The notes under the pieces: generated by a model
What the model was told of the DNA's origin: nothing
What the model saw: the letters and a program-made list of their open reading frames with translations, nothing else
Databases searched by the model: none
In this document: positions 13,637-23,799 of the stretch, in pieces
How positions within the stretch are numbered: the stretch's first letter is position 1
Layout of the letters: each line of letters begins with the position of its first letter
NCBI RefSeq assembly: GCF_018350175.1
Contig: NC_058368.1
Span: 174,780,001-174,844,000, forward strand
Reading direction: 5' to 3'
Origin: Felis catus
Lineage: Eukaryota
Length of the DNA: 64,000 bases
Made by a program: the position numbers and the translations under genes

Positions 13637-14418
13637 TGTGACACAGAAGGCGGCTGGCAGTTATCACCAGTTTCCGGGACGCGGCCCCTGCATCCTCAGA
13701 AGTTCCCAAGGGACAGGTGTGTCTTTCTTTTGCACGAAGGGCCCCTCAGATCACACCTGAACTTGTGCTAATGGGATGATGCGTGGTGGGCCCGAGACAG
13801 TTTATGCCAACGAGGTGACTACGGGATGGGACTGGCCAGGTCCCAAAGACCAACCCCGCGATCAGAGGGTTGGGCTCTGAGCCACATGATGATACCAGCC
13901 TGACCTCTGGGGAGAAGAGGGAAACTGGAGATGGAGTCTCATGGCCAAAGATTAAACCAATCGCACCTATATCATGAAACTCCAATAAAGGCTATGGACC
14001 TTGAGGCTTCGGCGAGCTTCCTTGGGTGGCAGTGCCCTGAGTATTGTCACCCAGTGATGTGCCGGGAAGGTAATGCCTCCCTGCTCCACGGGGAGAGGAC
14101 ACAGAAGCTTCACATCTGGGACCGTCCCAGACTCTGCTTCACATGTCTCTTCCTTTGGCTGGTTTTGACTTATATCCTTTATCACAGAACTATAATCATA
14201 AGTGTAATACTTTTATGAGTTCTGTGCATCATCCTAGTGAATTACCAAACCCGAGGGAGTAGCGGAAACTCCCAGATTTGTAGCCAGCAGACCAGGCAGA
14301 CTGGAGCCCCCCAAATTGGTGGCTGGTGTCTGAAGGGAAGGCGGTCTTGTGAAGGATTATGCTTTTAACCTATGAAGTTCAGCCCGGTTCCAGGTAGGCG
14401 ATGTGAGAAGTCACTACA
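13637..14418 (+). mobile_element. MER21-family solo LTR
   Basis: tgtgacac start; gctaatgggatga, aaagaccaa..gatcagagggttgg, gaaactccaataaa, gagttctgtg..atcctagtgaattaccaaacc match MER21 as remembered. Confidence 0.8.
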
Positions 14419-14529
14419 CCCCTGTTCTCAAAAGTTATATGAGGCTCCAAGGAGAGGTATTAGCATCGACAAGTCCTTCCTTTGTGCTAAGTTTCTCGCT
14501 TCATCCTACAGGCAAACTTCAGAGGGAAG

Positions 14530-14672
14530 TGCTAAGTATATATCACCCACATGTTACAGATGAGGGAACAGAGTTCTAAAACTATCAATCCTGCCCAAGG
14601 TCACGCACCTAGGAAGTGGAGGAGCCAGAATTAAACCCAAGCACCCAAAACCCATGCCCTTAACCACTCCAC
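14530..14672 (-). mobile_element. MIR fragment
   Basis: ttacagatgagggaacagag...ctgcccaaggtcacgcacctaggaagtggaggagccagaatt. Confidence 0.75.
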
Positions 14673-14759
14673 AGACTTCCCCCGACACGATACTCACCTT
14701 CACCTTTGATCTGGAAGGTCAAGAACAGTAGCGGAAATGAGCTCATTTATCAGCTAACT

Positions 14760-14849
14760 TACTTTGCCATATTTATCGAATGCCCACTGAATGCCAGGCA
14801 CTGTGAGATCATCAGTAAATAAAGCGATATTCTCTGGCTTCATGGAGCT

Positions 14850-14888
<39 letters not shown>

Positions 14889-15900
14889 GGAGGGTATCTA
14901 AGGACTTTTGCTCATACTCCGAATGAGATGGGGAGCTATTGCATACTTTTGTGTAGGGAAGAGTGATGGGATCTAATTTATATTGCAAAAGGATCATTCC
15001 GGCTGCTGTGCTGAAAATAGTCTGGTGTGAAACAGGGTATAGAATCAGAGAGACATGCTAGAAGTCTAACAAAATCATCCAGGTCAAAGATGATGGTGGC
15101 CCGGACAAGAGTGGGAAGAATGGAAGTGGTCCATTTCTGGGCAAATGTTCAGGGTAGAACCAGCAAGAGTGGCTGATAGGTTGGGCGGGGATGGGACAGA
15201 AAAGAAGGAGTTCAGGGTCACTGCCTGATTTGGGGGCTGAGCAACTTAAGGTTGAAGCTGCCATCAACTGAGATGGAAAAGCCTATGTGGGGTGGGAGGT
15301 AGGCAGTAGGTGTGGTGGCCAACTTACTGGGTTGGAGATGTCTTTCTGACACCCAAGAGGAGACGTCAAGTGGGTGGTGAAGATCGGTAGCTGGGGTCCA
15401 GGAGGAAAGTCTGACTAGAGATGGAAATGTGGCGGTCATCAGAATATGGATGGTCTGTGAAGACGAGATCACCAAGGAGATGACTAGAGTCAGAGAAGAG
15501 GGATGAGTCAGAGACGGAGCCTGGGACAACTCAGCACTGAGTGGTCAGGGAAGAAAGAAAGAAGCAGCAGGTGAGAGTGAGACATGACCAGTGTTGTGGA
15601 GGAAGACCAGGAGTGCAGAATGTCCTGGCGATCTGGAAGAATCTGACCTGCAGCCGCAGGGAGGCGTTCTGGACTCTGCCGAGTGCTCTGAGAGGCCAGG
15701 AGAGAGCAGGGCCGAGGATGGCCCACTGGATGGGGCGTGTGGAAGGCATCGGTGCCCTTGGCAGGGGTCGTCTCAATAGCACGGAGAAGAATGCCTGATG
15801 GGAATTCAAGGAGAATGGGGGACAAGCGGGAGACTGGGAATAGAAATAACTCTCTCAAGAAGTTTTGCTTCAGATGGAACAGTAGCCAGCCAGAAAAGTG
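14760..15900 (-). mobile_element. L2 LINE (long fragment)
   Basis: atttatcgaatgcccactgaatgccaggcactg; aaggatcattccggctgctgtg; gaagctgccatcaactgagatggaaaag. Confidence 0.8.
14851..14885. repeat. (GT)n microsatellite
   Basis: About 17 GT units. Confidence 0.95.
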
Positions 15901-15949
15901 GATTTGGAGAAGTTTTCTTTGTTTGCCAGCTTTATAAAAAGAAATAAAG

Positions 15950-16200
15950 GGGGCGCCTGGGTGGCGCAGTCGGTTAAGCGGCCGACTTCAGCCAGGTCAC
16001 GATCTCGCGGTCCGGGAGTTCGAGCCCCGCGTCGGGCTCTGGGCTGATGGCTCAGAGCCTGGAGCCTGTTTCCGATTCTGTGTCTCCCTCTCTCTCTGCC
16101 CCTCCCCCGTTCATGCTCTGTCTCACTCTGTCCCAAAAATAAATAAAAAAACGTTGAAAAAAAAAATTAAAAAAATAAATAAATAAATAAAAATAAAAAG
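15950..16200 (+). mobile_element. Young felid Can-SINE
   Basis: Near-consensus body, long A-rich tail, TSD aaaaagaaataaag. Confidence 0.97.
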
Positions 16201-16399
16201 AAATAAAGAAGATGGAAGAAATAACGAAGTCAAGAGATGTCAATCCCTGGATGGATCTAAAGCCAAGATAGAGAAGGAATGATTCTCCAGGAGAATCACT
16301 ATTCCGTGGTAGGTCTGTGAGCTTACATAATAAAATATCCTCAGGGACTTGAGTTCTAAATTAACGAAGAAAAATAATGATTAATCTAAGGTTCATCTA

Positions 16400-17222
16400 C
16401 GGCCCACGGGTTGAAATGGCCCCTCCTAGAGGTTTCACTCAACTTCAAGTCCATCAAGACACCCTGGGGGACACCAAATCACCCCACAACTTGGAGGGGA
16501 GACCGTGTAGATGGAGAGCTCGCGAGGACCGAACGGTAGCAAAAAACCCTTCTACATGGCATGGAGGAAGGGAGGGGGGGAAAGGCCATAAATATGAGTG
16601 AAACATCAAAAGTGCCCTGGGGACCCAAGGAGAGCCTGAGCCGGTTCTATGAGAGACTGTGTGAGACATTTCGTCTCTACACCCCTTTTGATCCAGAGGC
16701 GCCCGTTAACCAGCAGATGGTCAATGCGGCGTTCATAGGTCAGGCCCAAGGGGACATCTGGCCCAAGCTGCAAACGTTAGAGGGTTTTGCTGACATGAAT
16801 GCCAGTCAGTTGCTGGAAGTAGCAACTAAGGTGTTTATCAACCGTGACCAGGAGGCACGAAGGGAAGAATGCCGGAAGATGCAGGAAAAGGGAGACTTGT
16901 GAGCTGCTGCCTTGGTCGAGCAGTCAGAATGCTCCCGCAAGGGTGGCCCGCACGGATGGGGCCAGGGCCAAAAAAGGGAATGGTGGGAGGATCCTCTCAC
17001 CCAGAACCAAAGTCCTCAGGACGGAACCAGGGTGCTCACCGTCGTCAGGAGGGCCACTGGGGAAATGAGCGCCCCCCTGTGGCTGGGTAATTCTCAGCGG
17101 GGCCCCAAGCAGAAAGAGGCCATGTGGTCCAGGGCCGGTACTAGCCAGCTTCACAGCCTCATGGGGCTCCCGAAGATGATTTTGTGGGGCTAACTGCCAT
17201 GGAAGACGGGGAGGAGGACTAG
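16400..17222 (+). pseudogene. gag: ERV gag remnant (possible MA scrap, CA C-terminal domain, degenerate NC zinc knuckle)
   Basis: ESLSRFYERLCETFRLYTPFDPEAPVNQQMVNAAFIGQAQGDI..KLQ.LEGFADMNASQLLEVATKVFINRD; knuckle-spaced GAHRRQEGHWGNERP; terminal TAG 17220-17222. Confidence 0.9.
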
Positions 17223-17600
17223 GACAGACCGGGCTGTATTGTATTAGGCTCCCAAGAGCCTATGGTTCGAATACATGTGGGGAGCCGACCCATTGACTTC
17301 ATGGTAGATGCTGGGGCAGAACACTTGGTGGTGACCCAACCTGTGGGCCCCCTCTCACAGAGACAAGCCACCTTTGGGGGGGGCCACGGGCAATTGGACA
17401 CACTGTCCCTTCCTGCTGCCTCGGTGATGCAATGTAGGCTCTACCTCCATGACTGCCCCGTGGCTTTAATGGGCCAGGATCTGTCAGGAAAGCTGCAGAC
17501 CCAGATAACTTTCATCTCCCACGGACAAGCTGCTCTGACCCTACGAAAGCCGGAAGCAAAGATTATGACTCTCATGATTCCCCGGGGCATGAATGAATGG
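17223..17600 (+). pseudogene. pro: ERV aspartic protease remnant
   Basis: QEPMV...IDFMVDAGAEHLVVTQPVGPLS...DCPVALMGQDL, in frame with the gag TAG; DTG changed to DAG. Confidence 0.9.
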
Positions 17601-17639
17601 CACCTCTACAGTCTCATGGAGGAGACACAACAGGGACCT

Positions 17640-19383
17640 GAACTGTCCTTCAAAGTCCCGGGGGGTGTGGGCTGAGGACAAGCCACCAGGACTGGCCCGC
17701 AACATATCTCCAGGAACTGTAGAATTAAAGCCAGGGGCAGGGCCCATCTGCCAAAAACAATATTTCATCCCTCGTAAGGCACAGTTGGGGATACAGAAGC
17801 ACCTGGAAAGACTTCTAAAATATGGGATTCTCTGACGCGGTCTGTCTTCTTGGAACATGCCTCTCCTACCAGTTCAGAAGCCAGGCACCGATGACTATTG
17901 GCCAGTCCAAGACCTGTGCCCAATAAACCAGGCCGCCATCACCCTGTACCCGGTTGTCCCGAACCCTTACACTCTCTTGGGTCTTATCCCTGCTGCAGCT
18001 GCCTTCTTCCCATGCCTAGACCTCAAGGATCCTTCTTCTGTATCCACCTAGCCCCCAGAGTCAACCAATCTTCACCTTCCGGTGGGGGAATCCTAAAAAT
18101 GGTGACAAGGGTCAGTTGACTTGGGCCAGATTCCCTCAGGGGTTCATAAACTCCCCAGCCATTTTTGGAACTGTATTAGCTTCAGACCTAAGAGCCTTCC
18201 CAGCAGATCAACATGGCTGCATCTTGCCTCAGTCTGGAGACAACTTACTGTTGGCTGGAAGGTCTCGGAAGGATTGCATGGAAGGAACTGGGCAGCTCCT
18301 TATCCTCCTATGGGAAACTGGCTATAAGGTCTCAAGAAAAAGTCCCAAATCTATCAAAAGAAAGTTAAGTACCTTGGCTTTCACCTTTCCCAGGGCAACG
18401 CCAACTTGGCCCGGAGAGAAAATAGGCTATTTGTTTGATCCAGTCCCATTGACCCAACATTGGGTTCAAGAGTTTCTTGGGGCTGCAGGTTTCTGTAGAA
18501 TCTGGATGCCTAACTTCTCAGTCTTGGCAAAACCCCTTTATGAGTCTACAAAGCGGGGAGAGCGGGAACCTCTGTGTTGGGAACAAATACGGCAAAGGGC
18601 CTTTGAAGAGATTAAATGGGCCCTTGTCGACACACCTGGTCTGGGGCTCCCAGACCTGTTCATTCTTCTTGCACATTCGTGAACGTACCAGCATCAGGGT
18701 GAGAGTCCTAACCCAGATGTTGGGGTCAAGCCATTGTCCAACGGCATAGCTCTCCAAACAGTTTGACTCTGTTACCCAAGGCCGGCGACCCTGCCTATGG
18801 GCACTTGTAGCCACAACCCACTTAGTGTCTGAGGCTGACAAGTTAACCGTGGGACAAGAAGTGACAATCCAAGTGCCACATTCAGTATTGACATTAATGG
18901 ACTACAAGGGACAATACCGGCTAACCGGCACCCAGATGATCAGCTATCAGGGAATGCCATGTGAGAAGCCGCGCATTCACCTAAAAGTAGTGCGGACCCT
19001 AAACCCCGCAACCCTACTGCCTGTCGGGCCAGGTCGACCAGATCACGACTGCATTGATGTCATGGATGAGGTGTTCTCCAGCCGACCAGACTTGAGGGAC
19101 CAGCCCCTCAAGGACCCTGATGCTGCGTGTTTCACCAACGGTAGCAGTTTTGTGAAAGAGGGAGAAAGCCTTGCAGGGTACTCTGTGGTGACCCTGAACT
19201 CTATCAAACCCTTGCCAAAGGGGTGTTAACATATACACAGACTCTAAGTGTGCCTTCACCACCCTCCACATACATGGGGCTTTCTATAAAGAGAAGGGTC
19301 TAGTAAACTCAGGAGGAAAAGAGACAAAGTATGGTAAGGAAATCCTTGAACTCTTAGATGCTGTGTGGGCCCCTAAAAGAGTG
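17640..19383 (+). pseudogene. pol: ERV reverse transcriptase and RNase H remnant with stops and frameshifts
   Basis: WNMPLLPVQKPG..DYWPVQDL, VPNPYTLL, LDLKD, LTWARFPQGFINSP, EFLGAAGFCRIWMPNF, LNPATLLP, FTNGSSF, VNIYTDS, WAPKRV. Confidence 0.95.
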
Positions 19384-19397
19384 AAGACTGAAAACTG

Positions 19398-19556
19398 GGG
19401 GCACCGGGGTGGCTCAGTCGGTGAAGCGTCCGACTTCGGCTCAGGTCATGGTCTCGCGGTCCGTGAGTTCGAGCCCCGCGTCGGGCTCTGTGCTGACAGC
19501 TCAGAGCCTGGAGCCTGCTTCAGATTCTGTCTCCCTCTCTCTCTGCCCCTTCCCCA

Positions 19557-19602
<46 letters not shown>

Positions 19603-19633
19603 AATAAACATTAAAAAATTAAAAAAAAAAAAA
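19398..19633 (+). mobile_element. Can-SINE inside ERV pol
   Basis: ggggcaccggggtggctcagtc head, (CT)n, A tail; no clear TSD. Confidence 0.95.
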
Positions 19634-19830
19634 AGAATCAGTGGCACCCCACTAAGCAGACAGGGTCTTCCCCTTGTGAAATCCTTTATGGGTGCCCTCC
19701 CCCCCTTATCAAGGGCCTAAGGGGAGGATCTAAATGACATAGGAATCTAACCCTAAGGCAACAGATGTGGGCCCTTGGCTCTGCTCTAAGCAACTTACAC
19801 CACTGGGTTGGGGAGCGATTACCTGTGAGT
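19634..19830 (+). pseudogene. pol: ERV integrase late fragment
   Basis: KQTGSSPCEILYGCPPP (cf. GLSPYEILYGRPPP) and LRQQMWALG..LHHWVGERLPVS. Confidence 0.75.
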
Positions 19831-20295
19831 ATGGATAGGATGCTTCATTGGTATTGGTTGCTTCTAACCTGGACCCCTTCTGTAGACCTAGATTCTTCAT
19901 CATGTGACCCATGTATTCACATAACCAGGTCAGGCCAGGGAGTCACTTGGACCTTACTATACCGTACCCACCTCTCATGCCAAGGAAAAGTCATGGAGGA
20001 GATCACAGATCAAATGAGCAAAGTTGCTCGCGTCCCAGTCCAGACCCGGAAAGGTTGGGACCCCAGGGAGTTATTTGGAGGACGGTTTTCAACTCTCAGG
20101 GGATTCAAAACCCTCGTAGGGATGTTCCCCTTGACTTGGGGAGCCTGCTTAATCCTACCTTGCCTCGCTTCCCTGGTTATACGGCCCGTCTCCAACCTCG
20201 CCGAGGTAACGATGGAAAAGAAAACGGTCATGCATGCGATGATGTTATGGAAATATAAACCTCTAAACCAAGACGATGCTCTTGACCCAAAATAG
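19831..20295 (+). CDS. env: Internally deleted ERV env, open 154-codon ORF (leader + SU N-terminus fused to TM C-terminal half); expression unknown
   Basis: ATG 19831; MDRMLHWYWLLLTW, CDPCIHITRSGQGVTWTLLYRTHLSC, then QGKVMEEITDQMSKVARVPVQT..W.P..LFGG.FSTL.GFKTLVG..GACLILPCL; TAG 20293-20295. Confidence 0.7.
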   Translation: MDRMLHWYWLLLTWTPSVDLDSSSCDPCIHITRSGQGVTWTLLYRTHLSCQGKVMEEITDQMSKVARVPVQTRKGWDPRELFGGRFSTLRGFKTLVGMFPLTWGACLILPCLASLVIRPVSNLAEVTMEKKTVMHAMMLWKYKPLNQDDALDPK

Positions 20296-20309
20296 GCTGT
20301 CTGAGTATC

Positions 20310-20322
20310 AAAGGGGGGAGAA
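20310..20322 (+). other. Retroviral polypurine tract
   Basis: aaaggggggagaa immediately before the TG of the LTR. Confidence 0.85.
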
Positions 20323-20696
20323 TGTAGGAGAGCCCTTCCCTGAGGGCTGTGGTGAAATACCTCAAGACAAGGGAAGGCAACCCGGCTCTGTGCGTGTGCA
20401 CGGCCTTCCTCGTGACTCTGTAACATAGACCACCCACTTAGACTGTATGTTACCGTATATGGCAGATGAAGGAGCAAAAATTATGCAAAAGGCACCCCCC
20501 CCCAGTGCACTTGGGGCTCTGCCTTTTGGGGGTCTTAGCCTGCTGAGCCCATGCTGGCATAAATAAAGCTGCTTCCCGGCTAGAAAAGCCTCGGTGTCCC
20601 GACTCTGTGTGTGACTAGCCGCTTCGGTTTACTTGAGACTGTAGACTTTGGTATGGAGCTTTGTGGGGGAAAATCCCAACTCCCAACCCAACCACA
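20323..20696 (+). mobile_element. 3' LTR of the ERV
   Basis: Starts TGTAGG after the PPT; AATAAA at 20562-20567; ends near CA at 20696-20700 where MIR-like DNA begins (3' edge approximate). Confidence 0.8.
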
Positions 20697-20699
20697 AAC

Positions 20700-20780
20700 A
20701 TCATCTTAGGGAAGTCACTGCACCACTCTGGACCTTAACTTCCTCGTGTGCGAACTGAGGTACAAATTACACCTACTTCA
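20700..20780 (+). mobile_element. MIR fragment
   Basis: cttagggaagtcactgcaccactctggaccttaacttcctcgtgtg. Confidence 0.55.
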
Positions 20781-21629
20781 ATCCAATGAGTTGTCGTTGA
20801 ATGATCCAACGAGTTGTCGTTGAAGACCTTATGGCCATCCCTAGAATCACATAGGATTAATTGTTCAACAAATGTGAGCCATTTTATCGCTCTTCGGAAA
20901 GACTCCACTGTTGGACGTTAAGCTCCATGGAGGCAGGGACCTTGTCTGATTTGTAGGCGCTCAATATTTCTCGAATGGATAAATGCATGCACAAAATTGG
21001 GCTGACTCAAACCGGTTTCAAAATTGGACTTGCGGTCGACATAAATGGGCTCGTCTTTGCCTTTCTTTCACGGTCTACCGTTTTCAAAGAAGCCCCACTT
21101 CTTTTGGGGAAGTCAGACCTCTTGCGTTCAGTCATGAATCAACAACGTGACATTTGAAACCAGACGGCAGTTGCGTGAAGCCTTGAGCCTCTTACACCTT
21201 ATCTTAGTTTGAGTGTCATTATTCGTGATTCTCCTTAATGGTGAAGCAACAGCTGTAAAAAGTTTGGCCAAGCACATGTTGAAGAAATAGTGGCTGGAAC
21301 CAGTGATTCATGTCTGATAGGGCGTCTCGATCAGATTAGCTTTCCTCCAGAAAGAGCAGTAGTAGTTAGCCATTTGGACCCAATGCATTAGAGTTGCAAA
21401 ATGTTACGCACGGTGGGTCGTCTGGTATAGCTATCGTATTGGACAGATGGAACCAAGGCTGCCGGAGGGGAAGCAATTTGTCTGAGGTCATACCATGAGT
21501 TAGGGTTGAACCGGGACCCTCACCAGGCTCAAGAAACTCAGGTTGAAGTGCAATGAGATCAGATGGCCCAAGAAAAGGAAGATTTGCCTCTGTCTCTCGT
21601 TGCCAGAGGAGAGCGTATGTCCTCTAGTG

Positions 21630-22720
21630 CACATATTTTGCATTAATTTTAAATTCCACAAGTAATACATGAATATTGTTTCCGTGAAAATAATTTTAAA
21701 TTATAAACAAAGCTGACGTCCCCTCTGACCACCCCGCTTAAACCCTCTCCCCTCTGAGTCCCCCAGAGGTGTCCGCCGTCATCAGTTTGATGTGTTTTCT
21801 TCCAAAAATTCCCCTGGATCATTACAAACATGTGTGTGAGTATCCATAAAAATAAGCTAGGATTGTTTGGTGTGATCATTTTACGTGAGTAGCACCATAC
21901 GCCCTGCGTTCTTCTGAAAGATGGTTTTTCCGCCTCAACACTATGACTTTGAGTCCTTTCTGTGTGAGTGCGTATTGATCTACTTTTCTTTTTTTTTTTT
22001 TTCAACGTTTATTTATTTTTGGGACAGAGAGACAGAGCATGAACGGGGGAGGGGCAGAGAGAGAGGGAGACACAGAATCGGAACCAGGCTCCAGGCTCTG
22101 AGCCATCAGCCCAGAGCCCGACGCGGGGCTCGAACTCACGGACCGCGAGATCGTGACCTGGCTGAAGTCGGATGCTCAACCGACTGCGCCACCCAGGCGC
22201 CCCGATCTACCTTTCTTTTTAACTGGCACATTGTAACCAACAGCGTGTGTCCCCGTGTCATGATCTGTTCCCCTAATGGAGGAGATTTAGGCCATTCTGG
22301 GTTTCTCCTGTTACAAGCAACGCTACCATTAAAATCCTCAGGTCTGCCTCTTGGTGCAAATGAGGGAAGGTCTCTCTAGGGAACGACACCACGGAGAACC
22401 GCTTGTCGTAAGGTGTGCACATTTTTAGCTTTATTAGAGGTTGTCAGGTTGTTCTCCGGAGGGGCTGTTAGAATACACACTCCCATCCCTAGTTTCCAGG
22501 AGTACTCCTTTCTCCACAGGCTCACCAACACTTCTCACTGTCAATTCCCGTTTTCCCATTTGGTGGGAACCACTGCTTCTTTGATTTATACTCTCCCCGC
22601 TGCTGCTGAGGCTGGGCATCCTGTTGTGACCCTCCTATGTATCTCCTTGTGTGTGAATTGCGTGTTAATGTCAATGTTAATAACATTTTCTTCTGCATTT
22701 GACTTTTCTCCCAACCCTGT
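21630..22720 (-). mobile_element. Old L1M (L1ME-like) 3' fragment, interrupted by a SINE
   Basis: caagtaatacatgaat, tgttcccctaatggaggagatttagg, ctttctccacaggctcaccaacact. Confidence 0.65.
21985..22203 (-). mobile_element. Young felid Can-SINE
   Basis: Near-consensus body; TSD gatctac(t/c)tttcttttt. Confidence 0.97.
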
Positions 22721-23195
22721 TTAAAAAGAAATTAAAACACTTAAGCCCTGCTGAAATTCAAAATGAATCATAGCTCAGAAATCTCAGGCTGCATGAGAGA
22801 ATGATTCGAAATGTTGGTTTTAAAGGGTGGGGTGATGAGGCTCGATGGGGAGATGGGGACGACAGGCAGATCCAAAATGAAAATTGTCCTCCTGGAAACT
22901 GGGAGCAGAAAGCAGAGGGTGTGGACGTTTTGAGTCAAATCTGCAAATCCCTTTGCTGATAACCAAATGCTGGTGCTGAGGCCACACGGAACAGCGGCAC
23001 CGAGACCGGTAGAAGGCTTTGCCCACAGACCCCGTCAAAAATATTTGATTAATAATTTTTATATTGATTAAACATTAAAACGATAATATGGTAGATATAT
23101 TAGGTTAACTAAAATATATTGCTAAAATGAACTATACCTCTTTCTTTGTGTTTAATGTAGCCACCAAAGAATTAGAAATTATATATGGGGCGGGG

Positions 23196-23410
23196 GGGGC
23201 GCCTGGGTGGCTCAGTCGGTTGAGCGTCCGACTTCGGCTCAGGTCATGAGCTCGCGGTCCGTGAGTTCGAGCCCCGCGTCGGGCTCTGTGCTGACAGCTC
23301 GGAGCCTGGAGCCTGTTTCGGATTCCGTGTCTCCCTCTCTCTCTGTCCCTCCCCTGCTCATGCGCTGTCTCTCTCTGTTAAAAATTAAAAAATAAACATT
23401 AAAAAAAAAA
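23196..23410 (+). mobile_element. Can-SINE
   Basis: Full body; TSD agaaattatatatgggg. Confidence 0.95.
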
Positions 23411-23426
23411 GAAATTATATATGGGG

Positions 23427-23620
23427 GGGGCGCCTGGGTGGCTCAGTCGGTTGAGTGTCGGACTTTGGCTCAGGTCATGATCTTGCAGTTCACGAGTTTG
23501 AGCCCCGCACTGAGTTTGCTGCTGTCGGCACAGAGCCGGCTTCAGATCCCCTCTCTCTCTCTGCCCCTCCCCTGCTCACACTGTCTTTCAAAAATGAATA
23601 AACATTTATTTAAAAAAAAA
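23427..23620 (+). mobile_element. Can-SINE, older
   Basis: Full body, in tandem with the previous copy. Confidence 0.93.
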
Positions 23621-23799
23621 GATATATGTGGCTCACATCATATGTCTATTGGATGGTGCTGGTCTACCAGACGGGGCCAAATAAGTTTCTGATCCCAGCG
23701 CTTCAATCAAAAACGCCATAGGTCACCTTCTCATCTAGCCCTAATCGACCTTACAGGGATGTACAGACAGGAGCCAAACTCATGCATTTCTTCTTCTTC

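Larger units (their letters stand above)
16400..20696 (+). mobile_element. Class I (ERV3/HERV-E-like) endogenous retrovirus, 5'-truncated and multiply deleted
   Basis: Ordered gag-pro-RT-RNaseH-IN-env remnants, then PPT and LTR; no upstream LTR copy seen. Confidence 0.95.
23040..23668. mobile_element. MER33-like hAT-Charlie MITE split by two SINEs
   Basis: atattgattaaacattaaaacgataatat...tttaatgtagccacc...atatatgtggctcacatcatatgtctattggatggtgctg. Confidence 0.7.
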
